From: Lachnospiraceae bacterium
GTDB lineage: Bacteria; Bacillota; Clostridia; Lachnospirales; Lachnospiraceae
Direction: 5' to 3'
Length of the DNA: 30,018 nt
NCBI GenBank assembly: GCA_045595385.1
Contig: JAZOAJ010000245.1
Span: forward strand, 1-30,018
The notes under the pieces were generated by a model. It saw only the letters and a program-made list of their open reading frames with translations, did not search any database and had not been told where the DNA came from. Position 1 is the stretch's first letter; every line of letters starts with the position of its first letter. Shown here in pieces: positions 9,701 through 17,322 of this stretch. A program made the translations under genes and the position numbers.

Positions 9701-9869
9701 TAAGATGGATGATACCGGTAGTATCATTCACCACATCAGAGAATCTTATGTTCTTTTCCTGTGCCTCAAACCGGACCTGTTCCTTGTCGCCGATCGCAGT
9801 GAGGTATTCCTCCCTGGCAACCTTTTTGTTCCGTCCGAGCATCAGGGCATCATAGATAAGATCGTTCAC
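6774..9869 (-). CDS. DUF5717-like large protein (N-terminal beta/Ig-like region, then long helical/TPR-like repeats)
   Basis: 1031-aa ORF. The GTG start overlaps the rarA TGA (GTGA), with SD AGGA upstream. Beta-rich first ~130 aa, then Tyr/Leu-rich helical repeats. Family assignment is from recall and from adjacency to the DUF5716-like gene. Confidence 0.6.
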   Translation of the reverse strand: MNDLIYDALMLGRNKKVAREEYLTAIGDKEQVRFEAQEKNIRFSDVVNDTTGIIHLKITAPGYAEIEAYSEDPAISFDKKVVTTEEFKDSVLEFSFNVIAEKLHNGKNYARITFRNPVCSSSVNVIVDNSLRVGFAQTSSRRKIALLERSYIDLRLGNLFQTEWQDKTLTILNEVNGGNVADMFLMLYKANVLISCERYEEAESLMEFVSAQMRKLNERNWDLLAYYYYIGSLYEMDDEVTRDMAGRVRTIYEMHPGWKILWVLLYLDEKLSGSPKDIAEMIEGEFLIRGCNSPVMYYEAMEAFKDDPELITEPSKFVIHTLYFAAREDFLSISVAAKFAEVIWHTDNRVLQYSNLDACIKILKDAYDKFKSSIILKSLCKVLICAEKKGPEYHSYYKEAVNGFLDIKGLYDYFIYSAGTEKFIEIPETVLEFFAGREYELGCSRDYYFACIVKRKDEYKKYYDIALNNMIRSAYEALDKGNVSTSLAVIYRELMDSDQLAKDRYARMLEILHTREISTDNPLISSVLVFHREFSEYQETELKEGKALVRIFTGDAVILFKDITGNLYSNIDHYSKRFMPRKEYASKCIDMSSLTRYMLVGDNLEIVHDDKDPADILRYFQAYLGKGRLRGSYEQDILRRLIVQYSKTRDDRTVDDLLLKFLDYNLEESTRARLTEVMIDKMMYKEAYEEIKKNGSEDISDEHAASLAHFLAQITDYEEDGVLEALSCRAFLNCAFDPVIFKYMCRRYDDRLDVLILMYIAAKANGVDDITVAERVIRKSAALSEFPKETEGIFADYFANGSDADLKKDFISAAAAEHLFGTDKKTEYIFKYAESAFASGEKFNDTVSVAYLMYLRLKSAPDKRSIKIAGELINDLVRRGIMLEEFKEYRKYFEIPASLANTYVAEKIGSTQDGNGNEQLTKSTMFRPAPVITFELKQRSGSVRGQEAMKEIVPGIYTRNFTLFFAESVEYSIDKGKSCIITYNDLHTIDDGSRFSQLDAMIRKLHGTDEAQLKEQIRDYQKESMLMDRLF

Positions 9870-11194
9870 TCTTTTTTCCTGTTTCTCAGCCGTTCCAGGC
9901 GTTCCTTCATCGTCTTTTCATAGCCCAGGTCTCCGGGTTCATAGAACTTCCTTCCTACCAGTTCATCCGGAAGGTACTGCTGTTCCACGTAATGTTCCGG
10001 GAAGAGATGGGCATATTTATAACCTACTCCGCGGCCGAGCGCTTCATGCCCGCTGTAATGGGCGTCCTGCAGATGCGCCGGCACACTCTTTATGTCTACT
10101 GTCTTTACTGCTTCAAGCGCTTCATCGATGGCATTTATCGCTGCATTGCTCTTAGGGGCGCACGCTATATATATAGCGGCCTGGGCCAAAGGTATGCGCG
10201 CCTCGGGAAGGCCAAGCACATGCACTGCCTGCTGTGCGGCAACCGCCACCTGCAGCGCCCTGGGGTCCGCATTTCCAACGTCCTCCGCCGCACAGATCAT
10301 TATCCTTCTCGCGATGAAGTTGACATCTTCTCCCGCATAGATCATGCGTGCGAGATAATAAACAGCGGCATCCGGATCGGATCCCCTCATGCTCTTTATG
10401 AAAGCGGAGATCACATCGTAGTGGTTATCTCCGTCCTTGTCATATCTGACGTTCTTTTTCTGGATACACTGAGAGATGATCTCGGTCGTCAGATGTATCT
10501 TTCCGTCCTTTGACGGAGCCGTTGTAAGAACTGCCAGCTCGATCGCGTTCAGCGCGACTCTGGCATCTCCGCCGGCGAAATCCGCAAGGAACTCCAACGC
10601 GTCCGGATCTATCTCCGCTTTGAAGGCGCCCATGCCCCTCTCCCTGTCGTTCAGGGCGGTTATGATGATGTCCTTTATGTCCTCCCTGTCAAGAGGATGG
10701 AGCTCATAGATCAGCGATCTGGAGATAAGAGCCCTGTTCACTTCAAAGTAAGGATTCTCAGTCGTGGCTCCTATAAGGATTATGGTCCCGTCCTCGACAA
10801 ACGGCAGCAGATAGTCCTGCTGTGCCTTGTTGAACCGATGTATCTCGTCAATGAACAGTATGGTCTTGCGCCCGTATGCGCCGGAGATCATCTTTGCATT
10901 CTCAACGACCTCGACCATGTCCTTTTTACCGGCGACTGTCGCGTTCAGCTGCTTGAATTCAGCTGATGTAGTATTGGCTATAACGCGGGCGAGCGTCGTC
11001 TTGCCTGTTCCCGACGGTCCGAAGAATATTACTGAAGAAAGCCTGTCTGCCCGGATCGACCTGTACAACTGGCTCCCTTCGGCCAGTATATGTTTCTGGC
11101 CTTTGATCTCGTCCAGTGTGCGCGGCCTGATCCGGTATGCCAGAGGGGCCTCCTGCTTTAATTTATTGTTGTGCGCATATTCAAAAAGATCCAT
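9866..11194 (-). CDS. rarA: Replication-associated recombination protein A (AAA+ ATPase)
   Basis: PLAYRIRP, Walker A GPSGTGKT, Walker B LFIDEIHRFNKAQQD, GATTENP, SAFIKSMRGSDPDAA, AAEDVGNADP. Confidence 0.96.
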   Translation of the reverse strand: MDLFEYAHNNKLKQEAPLAYRIRPRTLDEIKGQKHILAEGSQLYRSIRADRLSSVIFFGPSGTGKTTLARVIANTTSAEFKQLNATVAGKKDMVEVVENAKMISGAYGRKTILFIDEIHRFNKAQQDYLLPFVEDGTIILIGATTENPYFEVNRALISRSLIYELHPLDREDIKDIIITALNDRERGMGAFKAEIDPDALEFLADFAGGDARVALNAIELAVLTTAPSKDGKIHLTTEIISQCIQKKNVRYDKDGDNHYDVISAFIKSMRGSDPDAAVYYLARMIYAGEDVNFIARRIMICAAEDVGNADPRALQVAVAAQQAVHVLGLPEARIPLAQAAIYIACAPKSNAAINAIDEALEAVKTVDIKSVPAHLQDAHYSGHEALGRGVGYKYAHLFPEHYVEQQYLPDELVGRKFYEPGDLGYEKTMKERLERLRNRKKE

Positions 11195-12571
11195 TTATCT
11201 CTTCTTGATCGGTACGTAAACAGCGTGCCTTACCACGTTCTTGTATGCAGGTCTTATGAGTTTGGTGCCTGTTGTGATCTCTTCAAGTCTGTGGGCTCCC
11301 CAGCCTGCCATCCTGGAGACAGCAAATATCGGTGTGAACAGCTCATGGGGAAGTCCGAGCAGCCTGTATACAAATCCGGAATAGAAGTCGACGTTAGCGC
11401 ATATGTTCGCCCTGTTCATCTTCTTCTTTGTCGCAATTACGTCAGTACCTATCTGCTCAACCTTTTTGTAGAACTCATACTCTTCCAGGCATCCTTTTTC
11501 CGCGGCCAGTTTCTCAACAAACTGGCTGAGTATGACTGCCCTCGGATCGGATATCGTATATACTGCATGTCCCATTCCATAAATGAGTCCGCTCCTGTCA
11601 AAACTCTTTCCGGCGATTATCCTCTCCAGCTGTTTCCTGATCTCATTTTCATCATCCCAGTGTCTGATCTTTGACTTAAGGAATGCCATCATTTCATCAA
11701 CTTTGATGTTGGCTCCGCCGTGACGGGGTCCCTTAAGGGATGCTAAGGCTGCTGCCGTTGTGGAGTATGTATCTGTCATTGTCGAAGTAACAACTCTTGT
11801 AGTAAATGCAGAATTATTACCGCCGCCGTGATCGGCATGGAGGACAAGGCACAGATCCAGTATCCTGGCCTCGGTCTTTGTATAGGCGCTATCGGGTCTT
11901 AGCAGATGAAGTATCGTCTCCGCGGTTGAAAGTCCGCTCTTGGGCTGGTGGATGAACAGGGACTGTCCCTCCTTGTAGTGCTCAAATGCCTGGTATCCGT
12001 AAACGGCAAGCATGGGCATGACGGCATAGAGGGCGAGACACTGTCTGAGTACGTTCTCAACCGCTGTGCTGTCAGGATTGTCATCATATGCATAGAGTGT
12101 GAGCACACTCCTCATGAGAGTGTTCATCATGTCTTTGCTTGGGGCTTTCATGATGATGTCCCTTACAAAATTCGTAGGGAGCTGTCTGTATGATTCAACT
12201 GTCTCGTCGAATTTCTTAAGTTCATCCTTATTCGGAAGTTTTCCGAACATGAGAAGATATGTCGTCTCCTCGAAACCGAACCGTTTCTCCTTTGAAAAAC
12301 CTTTTACGAGGTCTTCAATGTTGTATCCCCTGTAATAAAGCTTGCCGGGGCACGGCACCATCTCGTCGTCATCTATGGTGTATGACTTTACTTCTGCTAT
12401 TTCTGTAAGTCCTGTGAGAACACCTTTTCCGTTCTCATCACGAAGACCTCTCTTAACATTGTACCTGTAATAGAGAGAAGGATCTATGACATCGTTTTCT
12501 TTGCAGATCCTTGCAAGTTCTTCTATTTCCGGTGTGTTCTCTGAAAATGGATTTACGCTCTTGTTACTCAT
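11195..12571 (-). CDS. gltA: Citrate synthase
   Basis: Catalytic motifs LHADHGGGNNSAF, GPRHGGAN, GMGHAVY..SDPR and NVDFYSG, plus GKLYYRGY. Confidence 0.93.
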   Translation of the reverse strand: MSNKSVNPFSENTPEIEELARICKENDVIDPSLYYRYNVKRGLRDENGKGVLTGLTEIAEVKSYTIDDDEMVPCPGKLYYRGYNIEDLVKGFSKEKRFGFEETTYLLMFGKLPNKDELKKFDETVESYRQLPTNFVRDIIMKAPSKDMMNTLMRSVLTLYAYDDNPDSTAVENVLRQCLALYAVMPMLAVYGYQAFEHYKEGQSLFIHQPKSGLSTAETILHLLRPDSAYTKTEARILDLCLVLHADHGGGNNSAFTTRVVTSTMTDTYSTTAAALASLKGPRHGGANIKVDEMMAFLKSKIRHWDDENEIRKQLERIIAGKSFDRSGLIYGMGHAVYTISDPRAVILSQFVEKLAAEKGCLEEYEFYKKVEQIGTDVIATKKKMNRANICANVDFYSGFVYRLLGLPHELFTPIFAVSRMAGWGAHRLEEITTGTKLIRPAYKNVVRHAVYVPIKKR

Positions 12572-12617
12572 ATGTTCCCCTTTTTGTGTATACTGCGCCT
12601 AGCATAATTAATTGTTA

Positions 12618-12646
12618 ATTATAGCACCAATAAAAAACCCCCGCAA
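12618..12646 (-). promoter_or_regulatory. Sigma-A promoter of the citrate synthase operon
   Basis: TTGCGG (12646-12641), 17-nt spacer, then TGc-TATAAT (12623-12618), an extended -10. Confidence 0.75.
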
Positions 12647-12659
12647 TAAAATCATAATC

Positions 12660-12688
12660 TTGAATAATGATTTGGCTTAAGATAAAAT
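12660..12688 (+). promoter_or_regulatory. Sigma-A promoter of the divergent membrane-protein gene
   Basis: TTGAAT (12660-12665), 17 nt, TAAAAT (12683-12688). The predicted +1 falls at about the ATG at 12695. Confidence 0.6.
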
Positions 12689-12694
12689 GTCCTC

Positions 12695-13087
12695 ATGATG
12701 TTCAGGAACACTTTAAAGAATATATTCAGCATTCTGCTGCTGATCTCAGGGATCGTGAGCGGCGCAATGATCTTTTTTGTTACCAGATCGCGCCTTTCGG
12801 CCGTGGCAAATTCCCATAAGATGATGCTCGCGGCAGATGTCCTGATGTTTATATATGCGCTTATCTATATAGTTTGCGGCCTTCTTGCCCTTTCAAGGAG
12901 CATACCGCGCAAGGTAGTGCGCGTAAGACCGTTTGTGCAGGTCGGGGTTTTTCTGGCAATAGCCTCTCTGATAATATCACTTGCCAACGGGATCTTAGTA
13001 AGTCACATCATCATCCTTGCGGTATGCGGTATCCTGATACCCCAGATCTTTTTCTTTATCATAGGTGCGATAATGGCGAGAAAATGA
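12695..13087 (+). CDS. Small integral membrane protein (about 4 TM helices), function unknown
   Basis: 130 aa with four hydrophobic segments separated by basic loops. It fills the gap between two minus-strand operons. Confidence 0.7.
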   Translation: MMFRNTLKNIFSILLLISGIVSGAMIFFVTRSRLSAVANSHKMMLAADVLMFIYALIYIVCGLLALSRSIPRKVVRVRPFVQVGVFLAIASLIISLANGILVSHIIILAVCGILIPQIFFFIIGAIMARK

Positions 13088-13104
13088 TTCCCGCCATTTT
13101 ATTT

Positions 13105-14406
13105 TCATTTATTCTGCTTTAACCTTTCAAGTTCTTCGAAGAATTGCGGATATGTCCGTTCAACGGCATCGGCCTGCTCCAGGATCACCCCTTTCCGGCA
13201 CATGCCTGCGGCCATTGTTCCCATCATGGCGAGCCGGTAATCACTGTGAGTTCCTACCCGTCCGCCGAAAAGCAGTTTTCCTCCGCTGCCGTCGATCAGG
13301 AGTCCGTCAGGCACCTCCGTTATCTGGGCTCCGAGTTCAGTCATCACCGCCGTAAGGGCCCTGACTCTGTCAGCGTCCATTCCGATACTGACAGGGTTTT
13401 TGATTATGCTCACTCCCTCCGCAGCGCTTGCCAGCAGCACAACGTGTGTCAGCAGGTCAGGGATGTCGGAAGCATCGATGTTCGTTCCCTTGAGATTTCC
13501 TCCGCTTACGGTTATGTCAGACCAGAATACAGGTTCTCCTTCTTCCCATGTATCAGTCTGCTCATGTTTTTTCTCTTCGGTTTTTGCGCCGAACAGTTCG
13601 AGTATCCTGAGGATCCGCCTGTCGCCCTGATGCGATGCTGTGTTCAGATCAGTGCATGTGACCGTACCGCCGCTGACAGCCGCTCCGGTCAGCCAGTACG
13701 CTGCCAGTTCCCAGTCGCCTTCTGTCGCAGGGATTTCCTTCATGTCGTACCGCTGGCCTCCGGGTATCCTGTAAACCCTGGCCAGGCCGTTCTGGTCCTT
13801 GAGCACCTCAATGCTGATGCCTGCCCTGCGCATCATGCTGATCGTCATGTCAACATACATCTCGGACTGGGGTTTCTTTTCCACCATGACAGCACTCTTC
13901 TCCTTGAGGAGCGGAAGGGCCATCAATAGTCCTGAAAGCGCCTGCCCGTCTGATACTCCCGGGAATATGTATGTTCCTGCGGTCAGCTGCCCCGTAACTT
14001 TAACAAGATCAGGCCTGATCTCATCCCTTTTGATCCCGTGAGTACGCAGAACACGGTAAAACTGGTCCATCGATGTAAATACCAGATTGCCCCTCAGGGC
14101 ATAGATGCAGGTTTTTCCGAACGCGCCTGCTATCGGGAGCATGAACTTGTATGTTGTATCACTTTCCCCGCATTCAAGCCTGTATACGAAATTCTCGTCC
14201 GAAACAGTTTCTTCTCCAAGCCCCAGAACACCCAGGCAGTTCCTGGTCACCTTGATGTCCTTTGAATCGTTTTTAAATTCAAATGCGGCCTCATTTCCTG
14301 AAAGGGCGCTGCATATCAGATATCTGTGAAGGAGCGATCCTGCCTGAGGGACTTTGATCGTTCCGTTTATGGGTTCATTTGATATTATCCTGGTGATCAG
14401 TCCCAC
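13105..14406 (-). CDS. AroA (EPSP synthase)-fold protein with a degenerate active site
   Basis: AroA scaffold motifs are present in order (CGES.TT, EGDW..AAYWL, QGD, DIPDL, DxR.AM, V.rTYP.FF), but many catalytic residues are substituted. GTG start with SD GAGGT. Confidence 0.8.
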   Translation of the reverse strand: MGLITRIISNEPINGTIKVPQAGSLLHRYLICSALSGNEAAFEFKNDSKDIKVTRNCLGVLGLGEETVSDENFVYRLECGESDTTYKFMLPIAGAFGKTCIYALRGNLVFTSMDQFYRVLRTHGIKRDEIRPDLVKVTGQLTAGTYIFPGVSDGQALSGLLMALPLLKEKSAVMVEKKPQSEMYVDMTISMMRRAGISIEVLKDQNGLARVYRIPGGQRYDMKEIPATEGDWELAAYWLTGAAVSGGTVTCTDLNTASHQGDRRILRILELFGAKTEEKKHEQTDTWEEGEPVFWSDITVSGGNLKGTNIDASDIPDLLTHVVLLASAAEGVSIIKNPVSIGMDADRVRALTAVMTELGAQITEVPDGLLIDGSGGKLLFGGRVGTHSDYRLAMMGTMAAGMCRKGVILEQADAVERTYPQFFEELERLKQNK

Positions 14407-14410
14407 GCTA

Positions 14411-14977
14411 TTACCTCTCCTTGCCCCAGCGTTTGTATCCTGTATAGTCTATGCCGAACTGATCGGATATCTTCCCGATCAGGAAATCGGTCATTTCAGA
14501 AGCTGTCTCCTGTCCGCTGTAAAATGTCATTACTGGCGGGATCACAACTGCGCCGCACTCTGCCAGCGTCAGCATGTTCCTCAGATGGATCCTGCTGAGC
14601 GGAGCTTCCCTCGGCACCACGACCAGCTTCCTGCACTCTTTTATGGTCACATCGGCTGCCCGCAGGAGAAGGTTTTCCGAAAAACCGTTAGCCACGCCGG
14701 CGAGAGTTTTCATGCTGCAGGGTATGATCACCATGCCGTCTGTCCTGAACGATCCGCTGGATATATCGGCAGCCATGTCATAAATATCATAATTTATGTC
14801 CGCCAATGCCCGGATCTCATCCGGATCCATGCCTGTTTCCTGTTCCATTGTAATAAGAGCGTTATCAGAAATAACCAGATGTGTTTCCACATCCGGTATC
14901 TCTTTGTATGCCGCAAGCAGATCTGCTCCAAGCCTGACCCCGCTGGCACCGCTTATTCCGACAATGATCTTTTTCAT
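14411..14977 (-). CDS. ubiX: Flavin prenyltransferase UbiX
   Basis: KIIVGISGASG, ETHLVIS, ISSGSF, PCSMKTL, RAADVTIKE, PREAP, PP.MTFY, RWG. Start placed at the ATG at 14977 (SD GGAG). Confidence 0.93.
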   Translation of the reverse strand: MKKIIVGISGASGVRLGADLLAAYKEIPDVETHLVISDNALITMEQETGMDPDEIRALADINYDIYDMAADISSGSFRTDGMVIIPCSMKTLAGVANGFSENLLLRAADVTIKECRKLVVVPREAPLSRIHLRNMLTLAECGAVVIPPVMTFYSGQETASEMTDFLIGKISDQFGIDYTGYKRWGKER

Positions 14978-14995
14978 GTCTTTCTCCGTCAATCC

Positions 14996-16300
14996 TCAGA
15001 TATCCTGAGCGGCAATATCCTCATACGTTTCTCTCCTTACAGCTACGTAGGAACTTCCTTCCTTGAGCATCACCACCGCAGGTCTCGGTATCCTGTTATA
15101 GTTTGAAGACATCGAATAGTTATATGCTCCTGTGGTACATACAGCTATGATGTCACCCTTTGCTGTAGAGGATGGCATTGGAACACCCAGCTGGATCAGG
15201 TCGCCGCTCTCACAGCAGCGTCCTCCGATGGTCACCTCCATGTCAGCCTCCTCATTCATCCTTGATGCATTATAACAGGAATATGAAGACTTATACAGTG
15301 CATATCTGGGATTATCTGTCATTCCGCCATCTATTGATACATAGTTTTTGTATCCTGGGATCCTTTTTACAGATCCGGCAGTATAAAGTGTCATTCCGGC
15401 ATCAGCAACTATGCTCCTTCCGGGCTCCATGTATATGACCGGAACAGGGATGTTAAGGCTTTGGCATTTTTCCTTTATCGCCCCGGCCACAGAGCCGATC
15501 TTTTCTGCTATGTCAAGGTAGGGGTCTGAATCAACATATCTGACTCCGTAGCCTCCTCCAAGGTTCAGACAGCCTGCCGGATATCCGAACTTTGTGTTCA
15601 TGTCCGCAATAAACTCCAGCATGACGTCTGAAGCTCTTTCAAAAACATCTTCTGCAAAGACCTGTGATCCGACATGGCAGTGGAACCCGGCAAGTTCAAT
15701 GTGCTCCTGCCTGAGGGCAAGGGCAGTTACCGCCTCCGCCTGTCCGGTGGCTATCGCCTGGCCGAACTTGGAATCCACTTTTCCGGTGCTGACAGCTTCA
15801 TATGTATGAGGGTCGATGCCGGGAGTTATCCTCAGCAGGATCTTCTGGATGATCCCTCTTGAAGCTGCCTCAGCCTCGATCGCAAGGATCTCCTCTTCGT
15901 TGTCGGCTACAAAGTATCCGACTCCTCTGTCCATTGCAAACTTTATGTCGGCATCTGTCTTGTTATTCCCGTGGAAGAATGCCTTCCCCATGTCCATGCC
16001 TGCCTCACTTGCAGTGTATACCTCTCCCGGAGATACGACGTCGCATCCCATGTTTTCAGAACTGATGATCCGGTATATCTGTTTGAAGCAGCATGCCTTT
16101 CCGGCGAACAGCGGCATCGAACCTTCAGGAAAATGCTCCCTGAAAGCATTTACATACGTCCGGCAGTTATGGCGTATCCTGTCCTCATCCATGAGATAAA
16201 GCGGTGTGCCGTACTGTCTTGCCAGGTCTTCCGTACTCTGGCCGGCAAATGTAAGATTGCCTTTTTCATTTACTGAGATATTTTCACAAACAAAGCTCAT
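14996..16300 (-). CDS. lysA: Diaminopimelate decarboxylase
   Basis: YGTPLYLMDE, AGKA (PLP lysine), HCHVGSQ, LNLGGG, EPGRS, CCESGD, GAYNYSMSSNYN. Confidence 0.96.
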   Translation of the reverse strand: MSFVCENISVNEKGNLTFAGQSTEDLARQYGTPLYLMDEDRIRHNCRTYVNAFREHFPEGSMPLFAGKACCFKQIYRIISSENMGCDVVSPGEVYTASEAGMDMGKAFFHGNNKTDADIKFAMDRGVGYFVADNEEEILAIEAEAASRGIIQKILLRITPGIDPHTYEAVSTGKVDSKFGQAIATGQAEAVTALALRQEHIELAGFHCHVGSQVFAEDVFERASDVMLEFIADMNTKFGYPAGCLNLGGGYGVRYVDSDPYLDIAEKIGSVAGAIKEKCQSLNIPVPVIYMEPGRSIVADAGMTLYTAGSVKRIPGYKNYVSIDGGMTDNPRYALYKSSYSCYNASRMNEEADMEVTIGGRCCESGDLIQLGVPMPSSTAKGDIIAVCTTGAYNYSMSSNYNRIPRPAVVMLKEGSSYVAVRRETYEDIAAQDI

Positions 16301-16318
16301 CTGTTTTTCCTCATTGTA

Positions 16319-17296
16319 TTACAGCATGTGTGCCCTGAGTTCCTCTGCGCTCAGTGCTGAAAGATCTGCAGGCGCGATATCGAACATTGTCTTGCATCCG
16401 GTGATGCCTCTTGAGTTCATCTTATATGCTGCTCTTGCAAGAGAAACGAGCACTCCCGAGGTGAACTCCGGATTTGAATCCAGAGTGAGCCTGTATTCTA
16501 TGGTATGGGAATGTTCATTGTTCAGACCGGTCTTTCCTGTACATATGACTACTCCGCCGTGAGGGAGCTCGCTGTGCTCTGCCTTCATCTCCTCAGCGGT
16601 AATGAATGTGACTGTTGTGTCATAGTCCGCGAAGTAGTTCGGCATTGTCTTGATGGCTTCCTCGATGGCAGCCTTGTCTGCGCCTTCTTCGGCAACAACA
16701 TAGCATTCACGCAGATGCATCTGCCTTGCGGTCAGGCCGCCTGCCTCTCCTTTGCGGGCAAGCTCCACAGCTTCCTGAATGGGAACTGTATACTGTCTTG
16801 CGTCAAGGACTCCCGGTATCCTTCTGATGGCATCTGAATGGCCCTGGCTCACTCCCCTGCCCCAGAATGTCGCAAATGATCCTTGAGGAAGTATGCATGA
16901 CGCATAGATCCTGCTTATTGAGAACATTCCCGGATCCCAGCCGCCTGAAATTACCGCGACGTGTCCGTTCTCTGAAGCGCTCCTGTCAACATTTGCGAAA
17001 TGCTCAGGGATGCGTGCATGTGTGTCAAAGCTGTCCACAACATTGAATATCCTTGCAAGCTCCGGTGTGAGGACCGGAAGATCTGTTGCCGATCCGCCCG
17101 CGATGATCATCACGTCAATGTCGTCCTTGAACTCAGCCACATCTGAAGCACTGTAAACCGGTACTCCTGTGCGTGTCTTTACTGAAGCGGGGTCACGACG
17201 TGTAAATACCGCGACCAGTTCTATGTCGGGGTTCTGTGTGACTGCAGCCTCAACGCCGCGTCCGATGTTCCCGTATCCGAATAATCCTAATCTCAT
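16319..17296 (-). CDS. ddh: meso-Diaminopimelate D-dehydrogenase
   Basis: GYGNIGR, VDSFDTHA, GWDPG, WGRGVSQGHSDAIR, SNPEFT. Confidence 0.95.
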   Translation of the reverse strand: MRLGLFGYGNIGRGVEAAVTQNPDIELVAVFTRRDPASVKTRTGVPVYSASDVAEFKDDIDVMIIAGGSATDLPVLTPELARIFNVVDSFDTHARIPEHFANVDRSASENGHVAVISGGWDPGMFSISRIYASCILPQGSFATFWGRGVSQGHSDAIRRIPGVLDARQYTVPIQEAVELARKGEAGGLTARQMHLRECYVVAEEGADKAAIEEAIKTMPNYFADYDTTVTFITAEEMKAEHSELPHGGVVICTGKTGLNNEHSHTIEYRLTLDSNPEFTSGVLVSLARAAYKMNSRGITGCKTMFDIAPADLSALSAEELRAHML

Positions 17297-17322
17297 TATA
17301 TATTTTCCTTTCCTAAATGGCG

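Noticed and set aside
4684-9869. Interpreting the DUF5717/DUF5716 module as an anti-phage defence island
   Set aside because: No nuclease, TIR/SIR2, NTPase or toxin motif was recognised, and the module sits among housekeeping genes with no mobility signs. It is kept only as an uncharacterised system.
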